Numbered from the stretch's first letter, positions 10,196 to 20,300 are shown. The stretch: 64,000 nt of DNA from an uncultured Bacilli bacterium (GCA_934085595.1 CAKOHK010000001.1:145705-209704); one strand, 5' to 3'. Made by a program: numbers and translations. The notes: a model not told the origin generated them from the letters alone.

Positions 10196-10231
10196 AACTT
10201 AACATATTAAAAGATAGAATCAATCTATCTC

Positions 10232-11266
10232 CTATTTATCAAGAACTAATCTCGTTAGTGAATCTGAATAATTAATTCCATTACTAAACTTACTAGCTTT
10301 ATTAAAAGTATCTACACTCATAGATGCAATCATATTATACTTAAGTTCTTTTAATATCTCATCATAATATTTAGTAGTAGAAACAAGTTGATCATTATAT
10401 TTTGCATTCTCTTCAAAAACTCTTGCATCTACACTATTATCATATTTTATTAATCTTTCTATACTATCATCTCCATATAAAAATCTAACAAACACATTTT
10501 CTAATCCAGTAGACCATAAAGAACCATTTTCATCTTTATATCTTGTATTTCTTTGAATATCATTAAGTATATCTACTATACGATCAAAATCATATGAAAC
10601 CCTATATTTCCTAATCATATCGCCTTCTACTTTTAAATAAGTATCATTACTACAATTACGAAATACAAGATACCTAATATAATCTTTTTTACTTATTTCA
10701 TCTATTACTTCATAACTTATTGCTTCCATAACTGATTCATATAAACTTTTAAGATTAGGAAGATTAGAAGCTACATTTCTTTGTCTATATAACTCTCTTA
10801 TTTTATATAATTCTTTAGCATTAGCATTATTATCTTCTCTTTCTTTTATTTCTTTATCTATTAAAGAAACTAAATCTTCTTCACCATTATATTTTAAAAG
10901 TCCACTAATCGCAAGAGCTCCCATATATTCATTACTAAAGCATATATCATCTAAAAAAAATTCTTCTTCATCTTCTTCATCAAAATCATAAGCAACTCCA
11001 AGTAACATCGCAGTAAGTTTATAAAGTAAAGAATGATAAACTAATTTATATTCTATTTTTCCATCTTTACCTTCTTCTATAGTACTATCATCAAACTTTA
11101 CATACTTAAAATCAAGATCTTTTTTATCAAGAACGCCTTTATCTAACTTACTAGAATATTCAAAGTTACCCTTTCTAATCTCTAAAAATAAATCTTTAAG
11201 TTTATCATAATCAATATCTACTTTATATTTATAAAGCATTCCATCTTTTTCTTCAATATATTTCAT
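10232..11266 (-). CDS. Tandem-array paralog 1 (344 aa), unknown function
   Basis: Starts MKYIEEKDGMLYKYKVDIDYDKLKDL and ends LTRLVLDK, with GGAGG 7 nt upstream. Shares an N-domain, a DLVSLIDKEIKERE hinge and a C-domain (ELYxQRxVAS..., INIFR-like, FPxxxYNM, YYxEILxEL) with 11292..16902. Confidence 0.6.
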   Translation of the reverse strand: MKYIEEKDGMLYKYKVDIDYDKLKDLFLEIRKGNFEYSSKLDKGVLDKKDLDFKYVKFDDSTIEEGKDGKIEYKLVYHSLLYKLTAMLLGVAYDFDEEDEEEFFLDDICFSNEYMGALAISGLLKYNGEEDLVSLIDKEIKEREDNNANAKELYKIRELYRQRNVASNLPNLKSLYESVMEAISYEVIDEISKKDYIRYLVFRNCSNDTYLKVEGDMIRKYRVSYDFDRIVDILNDIQRNTRYKDENGSLWSTGLENVFVRFLYGDDSIERLIKYDNSVDARVFEENAKYNDQLVSTTKYYDEILKELKYNMIASMSVDTFNKASKFSNGINYSDSLTRLVLDK

Positions 11267-11291
11267 TTCAAAACCTCCATTAAATACTATA

Positions 11292-12143
11292 TTATTTTTT
11301 AAGAACTAATTTTGATATTTCTTCTTCACTTACATCATTATCAAATTCCATTATTCTTGTAACTACTTCCTTAGGTCCAGTTTCAATTAATTCAAATCTA
11401 AGTTCATTTAATATCTCATCATAATAATCTTGAGGTAAACCTACATTCATATTATATTTACTATTTGGAAACTCTATTCTAGCATCCATTAATAATTTAA
11501 TAGTTTCATCTATGTTACCATTGCTTATAGTAAGTTTATCAGCAACACCAAGTTGCTTAAAACGTTCTAAGCATCCACGTCTAAATATATTAATTTTTTC
11601 TTTTTTACTATCATATTGTATTAATGCTGAAATATATTCCTTTCCATTTAATACACCCCTTAATATCTGTTCTAAATTAGTCTTTGTCACAAAATATTCA
11701 GAATCCATAAATCCAGTATTTTCATCCAAATTAGCAAGTATTTCTTCCATCTTTTGTCTATCAAATGTTACTTCAAATTTATAATAAGAATCACCATCTA
11801 TTTTTAAATATTGAGTTTCAGATAAAGCTAATACTTTTTTACCCTTCAAATACTCTTCTTTACTTATTTCATCTACTTTTTCAAAATCAAAGTATTTCAT
11901 AAACTCATCAAATCTACCTACAAATCCAATAGGTCCAAATCGTTTAGCTATTGCTTCTTTTCTATCATATAATTTCTTTATTTCACATAATTCTTTAAAT
12001 GCATTATCAAAATCTAGTGCTTTTCTAAAAGCACATTTTCTTCTTTCAATATCTTCATCTATTGATAATAGTAGTTTATCTTCTTCCCTAGCTTTTACAA
12101 GATATTTATAAAGCATTCCATCTTTTTCTTCAATATATATCAT
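11292..12143 (-). CDS. Tandem-array paralog 2, internally deleted (N-domain mostly missing)
   Basis: Likely start MIYIEEKDGMLYKY at 12143 with GGAGG upstream. The ORF track begins 8 codons earlier at 12167. After about 25 aa it jumps straight into the C-domain (KELCEIKKLYDRKEAIAKRF...) and ends ISKLVLKK. Confidence 0.5.
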   Translation of the reverse strand: MIYIEEKDGMLYKYLVKAREEDKLLLSIDEDIERRKCAFRKALDFDNAFKELCEIKKLYDRKEAIAKRFGPIGFVGRFDEFMKYFDFEKVDEISKEEYLKGKKVLALSETQYLKIDGDSYYKFEVTFDRQKMEEILANLDENTGFMDSEYFVTKTNLEQILRGVLNGKEYISALIQYDSKKEKINIFRRGCLERFKQLGVADKLTISNGNIDETIKLLMDARIEFPNSKYNMNVGLPQDYYDEILNELRFELIETGPKEVVTRIMEFDNDVSEEEISKLVLKK

Positions 12144-12156
12144 TTTAAAACCTCCT

Positions 12157-13346
12157 CTAATTAACACATATTATAATATGTTCTATTTTTTTTGTCAATG
12201 ATAATTTCATCACTTCTTCACTTATACCTTCATCAAACTCTACTGCTTTTTTAACTTCTTCCACGCTTTCACTATCAATTAATTTAAATCTTAGTTCACT
12301 TAATATCTCATCATAGTATGCTTGAGGTTCTACTGTTAACTTCGTATTAAATTTACTATAAGGAAATTCGGCTTTAACACTCATTAATCGATCAATAATT
12401 TTGTCTATATCATCACCCATATTATCAGCAATTTCTTTTAAACGTTTTGCATACTTACGTCTAAATATATTAATTTCTTCTTTTTCACTATCATACTTAA
12501 GTAATGATGAAATATCTCCTCTTCCCTTTAATATACTTCTTAATATACATTCTAAATTAGTACTTATTATTATACCTTCATAATTCATAAAGCCACTATT
12601 TTTAACTAGTTTATTAAGTATTTCTTCCATATTATCTTTATTATATGTTACTTCATATTTACAATAACTACCGCATTCTATTTTCAAGCATTGATCTTTA
12701 GATAAAGCAAATATTTCTCTATCTTTAAGATACTCTTCTTTATTTATTTCTCCTACTTTTTTGAAACTAATACAGCCCATAACTTCAGCATACTTATCTA
12801 AAAATCCTGCAGGACTTAAAAGTTTTGACGCTACTTCTCTTTGATAATATAACTCTTCTATCTTAGAAGCTTCTTTAAGTTTACGCTCAGAATCACGTCC
12901 ATACACTCCATCATCTATTATTTTTTTCTTCCTTCTATTTCTTCATCTATTAAAGAAACTAAACTCTCTTCTCCTTCATAATTCAAAAGATTAGAAAGAC
13001 CTAGTATTTGTACATAGTTACTATCAAACCTTTTACCACTAGCATATAGTTCTTTATCAAGCGCTTCAATATTATCATCAAAATCAGCTAACCTACTTAC
13101 ATATTTATAAAGTTTTGAATAGTAAGTTAAATGATAACATAGTCTTTCACCAATTTTACTTTCAGTAATACTATCAGCATAACAAAAATCTAAATCATCC
13201 GCCTTAAGTATTCCATCCTTTAATAACCTATGGTAAATAAAATTACCCTTTCTTATTTCAGAAAATACCTCTTCAAGTCTATCATAATCAATATCTACTT
13301 TATATTTATAAAGCATTCCATCTTTTTCTTCAATATATATCATCAA
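12157..13346 (-). pseudogene. Tandem-array paralog 3, split by a frameshift at an A7 homopolymer. The two ORFs are 12918..13346 (N-domain) and 12157..12906 (C-domain)
   Basis: The N-half ends ...LVSLIDEEIEGRKK*. The C-half continues in the +1 frame as IIDDGVYGRDSERKLKEASKIEELYYQRE. The junction is minus-strand ggaagAAAAAAAtaatag (plus T7 at 12921-12927). One extra A would give a single ORF of about 398 aa. Confidence 0.6.
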
Positions 13347-13365
13347 AAGCTCCCTTAAATCTGTA

Positions 13366-14562
13366 TTACTTTTTAAGAACTAATCTTGATACTATTTCTT
13401 TATTTATTTCACTTTCAAACTTTTCACATCTAGCATATTCTTCAAGATCCATAGTAGAAATTAAAGTAAACTTTAGTTTACTCATTATTTTTTTATAATA
13501 ATCTTGAGGTAACTTTACTTTCATATTATATTCAGCATTTGGAAAATCTTTTTTAGCCGCTTCTAATAACTCAGTTATACGCATCAAATCTTCTTCATTT
13601 TTTCCTTTTTTATTTAACAGCTCTTCAATCTCTTTATAACGCTCATTACATTCTTTTCTGAAAATATTAATTTCTTCTTCAGCACTATTATAATTGATAA
13701 GTTCAGAAATATTAGCTTTACGATCAAATACATCACGTAATATATCTTCTAATTTAGTGGAACGTACATAGACATAAGGTTTATATCCAGTATTTCTATA
13801 TAAAGCATCAGACAATTCTCTCATATTATTTCTATTAAATGTTACTTTATATTTTTGAACATTGTTTCCTTGCACTCTTACATATGTATCATAGCTTTGA
13901 TTAGTAAAGCCTAAATATTTTTCATAGTCTTCTTTACTTATCTCATCTACTTTTTCAAAACTTATAGTTTCCATAACAGATTCATATAGTTTTGAAACAT
14001 CTAAAAGACTAGCTGCTTCTTCTCTTTGATTATATAACTCTTTTATTTTATAAGCTTCCCTAAGTTTCTTATCAAAATCAAATTTATTTTTTTTACTTTC
14101 TAACACTTTAATTCTTTCTTTAATTTCTTCATTTATTAAAGAAACTAGATCTTCTTCTCCATCATATTTTAAAAGTTCAATAAGACTTAATAGTTTTAAA
14201 TATTCACTATCAATCTTTCTATCAAGAGGGTACATTTGATCAGCAAAGTATAAATCATCTCTATGACATTTAACCTCATCTTCATAGCCAAGTAATCTAC
14301 CAATAATTATATAAAGTCTTGAACAGTGAACTAATTCATAACAAGTACCCAACATATCACCATTATTAGAAAGCAAATTCTTTTGATCAAACTTTGTATA
14401 TTCAAAATCTATATCATCCCAGTCATGTATATCTTTACCTAATGAACCAGTATAATAAAAATTACCTTCTTCTATCTTTAACATTAATTCTTTAAGTCTT
14501 TCTTCATCAATATCCACTTTATATTTATAAAGCATTCCATCTTTTTCTTCAATATATTTCAT
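13366..14562 (-). CDS. Tandem-array paralog 4 (398 aa)
   Basis: MKYIEEKDGMLYKYKVDIDEERLKEL ... VSRLVLKK. Full two-domain architecture. Confidence 0.6.
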   Translation of the reverse strand: MKYIEEKDGMLYKYKVDIDEERLKELMLKIEEGNFYYTGSLGKDIHDWDDIDFEYTKFDQKNLLSNNGDMLGTCYELVHCSRLYIIIGRLLGYEDEVKCHRDDLYFADQMYPLDRKIDSEYLKLLSLIELLKYDGEEDLVSLINEEIKERIKVLESKKNKFDFDKKLREAYKIKELYNQREEAASLLDVSKLYESVMETISFEKVDEISKEDYEKYLGFTNQSYDTYVRVQGNNVQKYKVTFNRNNMRELSDALYRNTGYKPYVYVRSTKLEDILRDVFDRKANISELINYNSAEEEINIFRKECNERYKEIEELLNKKGKNEEDLMRITELLEAAKKDFPNAEYNMKVKLPQDYYKKIMSKLKFTLISTMDLEEYARCEKFESEINKEIVSRLVLKK

Positions 14563-14587
14563 TTTAAAACCTCCCTTAAATATAAAA

Positions 14588-15709
14588 TTATTTACAAAGT
14601 ACTAACTTAGATGCTACTTCTTCACTTATTCCACTTTCAAACTCTTCTACTTTCTTATATGTTTCAATATCCATAGAAGAAACATTTTCATAATTAAGTT
14701 CACATAATATCTTTTCATAATATCCATATGTTGGAACTATACTCATATTATATTCTGCATAAGGAAAACTATTTCTAACTTCTTCTGTCACATTAATAAG
14801 ATCATCAACACTATTAGAATCTAAAGTGCCTATCTTTTTGGACTGTTCCATGCACTCTCTTCTATATATATTTATTTTTTCTTTATCAGGTTCGTAACTC
14901 AATAATGAAGTTATATTAGTTTTACCATTAATAAACTCAATTAATAGTTTCTCAAGTTCTGTACTTTCAAACTTACCAGAAGCATCCTTATAACGAGTAT
15001 CCATCTGCATAAGACGAAGTAAATAAACAAGACGATTCATATCAAAACATACTTTATTTTTATTAATATATTTTCCATCTTTTACCAAGAATGAATTATT
15101 ATCACATTTACATAGTTCCCTATATTTAGTATAATCTTTCAAACTTATTTCATCTATTTTTTCATAAGTTATTGTATTCATAATATCACTATAAAACCTA
15201 GTAATATCAGGAAGACTAGCTGCTTTTTCTCTTTGATTATATAGTTCTTTTAATATATATAGTCTAGTAAGTCTACCATTAAAATCATATTTAGATAAAC
15301 CACTATAAAGATTCTCTTTTCTCTTTTCTATTTCTTTATCTATTAAAGAAACCAAATCCACTTCCCCACTATAACTTTCAAGTTCATAAAGAGCATACAT
15401 CCTATCATACTCATCACAGTTACTTTTAGAAATTACATCATACTCTAATAATCTATTAGCAAGCTTATATAAATTAGAATAAAGAACTAATTCATAAGAT
15501 AACCCTTTTTCTCTACTAATACTATCTTCATCAAAATCTATATATGAAGTAAAATCTAAATCTTTATATGTAAGTGTTCCTTCTTCTACATCATGACTAT
15601 AATAAAAATTACCATCTTCTATCTTTAATATTAATTCTTTAAGTCTTTCTTCATCTATATCCACTTTATATTTATAAATCATTCCATCTTTTTCTTCAAT
15701 ATATATCAT
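14588..15709 (-). CDS. Tandem-array paralog 5 (373 aa)
   Basis: MIYIEEKDGMIYKYKVDIDEERLKEL ... ASKLVLCK. Confidence 0.6.
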   Translation of the reverse strand: MIYIEEKDGMIYKYKVDIDEERLKELILKIEDGNFYYSHDVEEGTLTYKDLDFTSYIDFDEDSISREKGLSYELVLYSNLYKLANRLLEYDVISKSNCDEYDRMYALYELESYSGEVDLVSLIDKEIEKRKENLYSGLSKYDFNGRLTRLYILKELYNQREKAASLPDITRFYSDIMNTITYEKIDEISLKDYTKYRELCKCDNNSFLVKDGKYINKNKVCFDMNRLVYLLRLMQMDTRYKDASGKFESTELEKLLIEFINGKTNITSLLSYEPDKEKINIYRRECMEQSKKIGTLDSNSVDDLINVTEEVRNSFPYAEYNMSIVPTYGYYEKILCELNYENVSSMDIETYKKVEEFESGISEEVASKLVLCK

Positions 15710-15735
15710 TTCAAAACCTCCTTTAAATACTTATA

Positions 15736-16902
15736 CTATTTACCAAGCACTAATTTAGATGCTGCTTCTTTATTTACTTCACTATCAAACTCTTGAGCTT
15801 TGTTATATATTTCACTATCTAGTGAAGGAATAAAAGTATATCTAAGTTCCTTAATTATTTCTTCATAATATGAATCAGTTGAATCTATGCTCATATTATA
15901 TTCAGCATATGGAAACTCATTTCTAAGTTTTTCCATTAGCTCAATCTCACCATCAATATTTTCTTCACTAAGTAAACCAATCTTTCTATAGCGTTCAGCA
16001 CATTTCTTTTTAAAAATATTTGCTTGTTCTTCTTCACTATTATAATTAATTAATGAAGAAATATCTCCTCCTTCATCAAGTATATTAACTAATATACGTT
16101 CTAAATTAGTTGGTACTAATCTTCCATCAAGAGCTTTAAATCTTGTATTATCTTCAATACTTTCTAATATATTTCTCATTCTCTCTTCATCAAATGAAAC
16201 TAAATATTTTCTAGCGTTTTCATTTTCAGTTTTACTAATAATTCTTGAGTTATAGTTAGATAAAACTAAATAAGCCATATAATCTTCTTTTAGAATCTCA
16301 TCTATTCTTTCAAAACTTATAGTGCTCATAACAGCATAAACAAATCTTCTAGCGTCCACAACGTCAGATGCCACTTTTCTTTGTTTATATAGCTCCTTTA
16401 TCTTATAAAGTTCTCCGCACTTTCCAGCATAATCAAACTTAGATGGTTCATTTCCGAGTAAACTTTCTCTTTCCTTAATTTCCTCATCTATTAAAGAAAC
16501 CAAATCCTTTTCACCATTATAATTTAAGAGTTCAAAAAGCCCAGAAGTCATTATATAATCTCTAATATCATCTTCATCACTAAATGGCTCCACGTAATAT
16601 TCTTCAATATCTTCAATATCTTCTTCCATACCAAGTAGTTTATTAACAATCTTATATAAATTTGAATAATAAACAAGTTCATATCTAGAACTAAATAAAC
16701 CGTCACTAAAAATCCAATTTATACTATCAAATCTTGTATAATCAAAATCTAATTCATCAAACTCTAACTTATCTTCATCTAGCGAATTAGAATATTTAAA
16801 GTTACACCCTTTCATCTCATTAAATATTTTTCTAAGTCTTTCTTCATCTATATCTACTTTATACTTATAAATCATTCCATCTTTTTCTTCTAAATATATC
16901 AT
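15736..16902 (-). CDS. Tandem-array paralog 6 (388 aa)
   Basis: MIYLEEKDGMIYKYKVDIDEERLRKI ... ASKLVLGK. GGAGG lies 12 nt after the stop of the upstream metallophosphoesterase gene. Confidence 0.6.
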   Translation of the reverse strand: MIYLEEKDGMIYKYKVDIDEERLRKIFNEMKGCNFKYSNSLDEDKLEFDELDFDYTRFDSINWIFSDGLFSSRYELVYYSNLYKIVNKLLGMEEDIEDIEEYYVEPFSDEDDIRDYIMTSGLFELLNYNGEKDLVSLIDEEIKERESLLGNEPSKFDYAGKCGELYKIKELYKQRKVASDVVDARRFVYAVMSTISFERIDEILKEDYMAYLVLSNYNSRIISKTENENARKYLVSFDEERMRNILESIEDNTRFKALDGRLVPTNLERILVNILDEGGDISSLINYNSEEEQANIFKKKCAERYRKIGLLSEENIDGEIELMEKLRNEFPYAEYNMSIDSTDSYYEEIIKELRYTFIPSLDSEIYNKAQEFDSEVNKEAASKLVLGK

Positions 16903-16914
16903 TTCAAAACCTCC

Positions 16915-18021
16915 CTATTTGATACCGTATCTTTTACTAAACTTATCTATCATAGATAAACTTCTACTATCTCCTACTTCTTCAATAATCTCTTCTTCTA
17001 TAACTTCTTGTGTTATTTCTTCACACACACTACTTTCTTCTTCTTTAAACTGTACATATCTTTTAAACTTATTTTCCGGACTACACACTATATGTGTCAT
17101 AATACTACTCTCTCCAAGAGATATAACCTTATGATCATTATTTAACCATAGTTCCTTTACATTTACAAGTGATATAGTATTATTTCCAGTATTAATAGTT
17201 ATATCTAAAAAACAAGGACACATTTCATTATTAATCATAATATCACTTAAAGTAGGAACTTTAATATATAAACTATTAGCGTGCTCTCTTATCTTAAATC
17301 TGTGTTCATGTCCACTAAGTACTATTCCACAAGCACTTTCTATATCAAGTTTAGTATTATTTTTATATGTTTTACCTAAGTCATGTCTCATAAATATATT
17401 AATCTTAGATAAAACAACTTTAGAAAGACCATACCCAGTAAACACCATATCATGCCTTCTAGAATTAATCATTTCCCCAATATCTATATTAAACTTCTCA
17501 TAAAAACTCATATCATGATTTCCACCAATCATAAAATTAATAATATTTTTATCAAACGGATATTTCTTAATCGTACTATCAATCATATCTATAGGATCAC
17601 TATAATTAACTTTATATATTGACGAAGGCATAAATCCTTCAAATATATCACCACTATTAAATATAATATTTATTCCATTCTTCTTAGCATAATCATATAC
17701 TATTTCCATATATCTATTATCTGAATATTTACTCTCTCTATGTTCATCACTAACAGCTATTATTCTATATATTCTATTAGTACTTTGCATAGGATTTCCA
17801 ACTATAAATATATCTTTATCTTCATTATTAAAAACACTTTTAATTCCATAAGTAATATTACCATTATCATGATAAAATCTATCTAAATTAATACCATAAC
17901 ATTTAAGTCTATTAAGTTTAATATATAACTGTTTATTACTAATTCCAAGTGTGCTAGCCATCTCATTAGCACTCTTCCCGTTTTTAATCATCTCTATTAT
18001 TTTAGCATTGTCTTCATCCAT
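16915..18021 (-). CDS. Helix-turn-helix N-terminal domain fused to a calcineurin-like metallophosphoesterase
   Basis: 368 aa. N-terminal GKSANEMASTLGISNKQLYIKLNRLK looks like an HTH. MPE motifs appear in canonical order: SDEH, GDIFEG, GGNHD, RHD, SGHEHR. Confidence 0.65.
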   Translation of the reverse strand: MDEDNAKIIEMIKNGKSANEMASTLGISNKQLYIKLNRLKCYGINLDRFYHDNGNITYGIKSVFNNEDKDIFIVGNPMQSTNRIYRIIAVSDEHRESKYSDNRYMEIVYDYAKKNGINIIFNSGDIFEGFMPSSIYKVNYSDPIDMIDSTIKKYPFDKNIINFMIGGNHDMSFYEKFNIDIGEMINSRRHDMVFTGYGLSKVVLSKINIFMRHDLGKTYKNNTKLDIESACGIVLSGHEHRFKIREHANSLYIKVPTLSDIMINNEMCPCFLDITINTGNNTISLVNVKELWLNNDHKVISLGESSIMTHIVCSPENKFKRYVQFKEEESSVCEEITQEVIEEEIIEEVGDSRSLSMIDKFSKRYGIK

Positions 18022-18063
18022 AACTATCCCCTAACATAATTTTAACAACTAATATTTATATAA

Positions 18064-18279
18064 TCAAGAATAATATTTAAACTTAATAAGTTTATATAAA
18101 TGAACTAAAACAAGCGCACTATTTAAAAACCATACACTAAAAGCATGTATTAATAGTCCATATATAACAAAAAGTATAGCTCCTATTAAATTAACTATTC
18201 TAATCTTTTCTTCACCCTTAAGTAAAAAAGATATTAAAACTATTACGCTCGCACAAACGCCTATAACTTCATAATTCAT
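18064..18279 (-). CDS. Small two-TM membrane protein
   Basis: 71 aa, hydrophobic. Confidence 0.4.
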   Translation of the reverse strand: MNYEVIGVCASVIVLISFLLKGEEKIRIVNLIGAILFVIYGLLIHAFSVWFLNSALVLVHLYKLIKFKYYS

Positions 18280-18281
18280 AT

Positions 18282-19022
18282 TTATTCCCTTTCAAAGCAA
18301 TCATTTACCTCACTATAACTATATCCTTTTCTAAGTAAATAATTAATTATCATATTTTTATCTTTATATTTCTTACTTGCTTTATTAAACTCATTAATTA
18401 TATTAGAATTATCTATATTTATATTACAAAGTTTACTACTTATCATATCTTTATCATATCCCATATTATATAAATCTATTTTAAGTTTATTTATTATCAT
18501 ATAACTACTTTTATTCTTAAGTGTTTTAAGTTTCTTTTCTATTATTTTATTTATTTTGTCTTCCCATACTTTATCATCAAATGTATATAAATATCCATCT
18601 ATTTCTTCACTACTAAACCCATTATCTATAAGTTCTCTTTTAATTTTATATGGTCCATCATACCCAAGATTAACTTTATCATTTATAAAACACTCTATAT
18701 ATACTTTATTATTAAGTAGTCCAAGTTCTTCTATTTTATTTATTGCAAAATCTATATATTTATTATCAAACTCTTTCTTTTCTAAATATTTAATAAGTTC
18801 CTTTTTATTTCTAAGTTTTACTTCTATATAACTAAGTAACATATGATATGCTTCATAATATTTATTTTCATCTATCATATTTGATAATTCTTCTATATTT
18901 ATATCACTTTTTAATAATAAATTATATTTAAGTATAATTTCTTCATATAAACATATTTGACTATCTTCTAAATATACATTATATCTATTCTTACCTACTT
19001 TTTTATACTTAGTAATTTTCAT
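18282..19022 (-). CDS. RecX-like regulatory protein
   Basis: 246 aa of three helical repeats. AINKIEELGLLNNKVYIECFINDKV and IINYLLRKGYSYSEV resemble RecX repeat signatures. Confidence 0.45.
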   Translation of the reverse strand: MKITKYKKVGKNRYNVYLEDSQICLYEEIILKYNLLLKSDINIEELSNMIDENKYYEAYHMLLSYIEVKLRNKKELIKYLEKKEFDNKYIDFAINKIEELGLLNNKVYIECFINDKVNLGYDGPYKIKRELIDNGFSSEEIDGYLYTFDDKVWEDKINKIIEKKLKTLKNKSSYMIINKLKIDLYNMGYDKDMISSKLCNINIDNSNIINEFNKASKKYKDKNMIINYLLRKGYSYSEVNDCFERE

Positions 19023-19044
19023 ATAAAATCACCCCCTAATATTA

Positions 19045-20232
19045 TTAATCATCTGCATAATTATCAAAATATCTTTGTACTAATACTACAGGTGTTCCTT
19101 TGTCTCCACTACCACTAGTAAGGTCACATAAACTTCCTAGTAAGTCTGTATAGTGTCTTGGTGTAGTACCTTGAGATGCCATTGTTCCAGCAAGATTACT
19201 ATTTTTATTCTTAATAGCTTTTTTCATAGCTTCATTAAGTTCTTCTCCTCTTAAATCTTTAAACTCATTCTCACTAAAATATTTAAGTTTAATTTCATTA
19301 GGGCTTCCATTAAGTCCACTTGTATAAGCAGGACTAACAACAGGATCAGCAAGTTCCCATATTTTACTTGTTGGATCTTTAAATGCTCCATCTCCATATA
19401 CCATTACTTCTATATTTTTACCAGTCTTTTTCCTCATCATTTCTTGTATTTTAAGAACAAGAGTGTCCCCAGTTCTAGGAAATAATTTAACCTTTTCACT
19501 AGTAGAACGATTACTACCAAGAAGTCCGTAAGGAGAATAACCACTACCATCTACACTACTATTAAGTATATCACTCATCATAATAACATTTCTAGCCCCA
19601 TGTTTAAGTAATCTATTTTTAGTATATTCTCTTGTATGTATATCACAGTTTATAATATCACCAGTATATTCAAGAATAACCTCAGGTTTATTAGCAAATA
19701 CCATTTCAAACTCACAGCCCTCTTTAGTAACTATATCTTTATATACTTGATACATATTAACACCAGTAAACATATGCTTAAAATGACTATAATTCTTCAC
19801 ATACTCTTCTTCACTAATAACATCATTACTTATATTTACATCATTCTTTATTAAATCTTCCATATACATAATATCATTACCAACTTCATCACTAGGATAA
19901 CTACATAATAATGTAATCTTCTTAGTACTTCTTGCCATAGCTGATAATAACACAGCAAATCTATTTCTTGATAATATCGGATACACAACTCCAATATGAT
20001 CACTATTAAGTTTATTTTTAATATCTTTAGCTATCTGATCTAAAGTAGCAAAATTACCTTCACTAATACCAACCACTGCTTCAGTAACTGCTATTACATC
20101 TTTATCATAAAATTCAAATCCTTCACTCTCACTTGCTTTAATAACACTATCTACTACTATAGAAGCTAAATCATCTCCTTCTTTAATAATAGGTGTTCTA
20201 ATTCCTCTAACTATAGTTCCAACGTTTCTCAT
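19045..20232 (-). CDS. COG1478 / CofE-like (F420-0:gamma-glutamyl ligase family) protein
   Basis: 395 aa. N-terminal PIIKEGDDLASIVVDSV...KDVIAVTEAVVGISEG resembles the CofE family motif. Confidence 0.4.
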   Translation of the reverse strand: MRNVGTIVRGIRTPIIKEGDDLASIVVDSVIKASESEGFEFYDKDVIAVTEAVVGISEGNFATLDQIAKDIKNKLNSDHIGVVYPILSRNRFAVLLSAMARSTKKITLLCSYPSDEVGNDIMYMEDLIKNDVNISNDVISEEEYVKNYSHFKHMFTGVNMYQVYKDIVTKEGCEFEMVFANKPEVILEYTGDIINCDIHTREYTKNRLLKHGARNVIMMSDILNSSVDGSGYSPYGLLGSNRSTSEKVKLFPRTGDTLVLKIQEMMRKKTGKNIEVMVYGDGAFKDPTSKIWELADPVVSPAYTSGLNGSPNEIKLKYFSENEFKDLRGEELNEAMKKAIKNKNSNLAGTMASQGTTPRHYTDLLGSLCDLTSGSGDKGTPVVLVQRYFDNYADD

Positions 20233-20261
20233 ATAATCCTCCTAAATAATAATATCACACC

Positions 20262-20289
20262 AAAAGAAAAAACTCTACACATGTAGAGT
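20262..20289 (-). terminator. Rho-independent terminator downstream of paralog 20301..21818
   Basis: Hairpin actctacaCATGtgtagagt (20272-20289) followed on the minus strand by a T-run (plus aaaagaaaaa 20262-20271). Confidence 0.55.
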
Positions 20290-20300
20290 AAATATTATAA

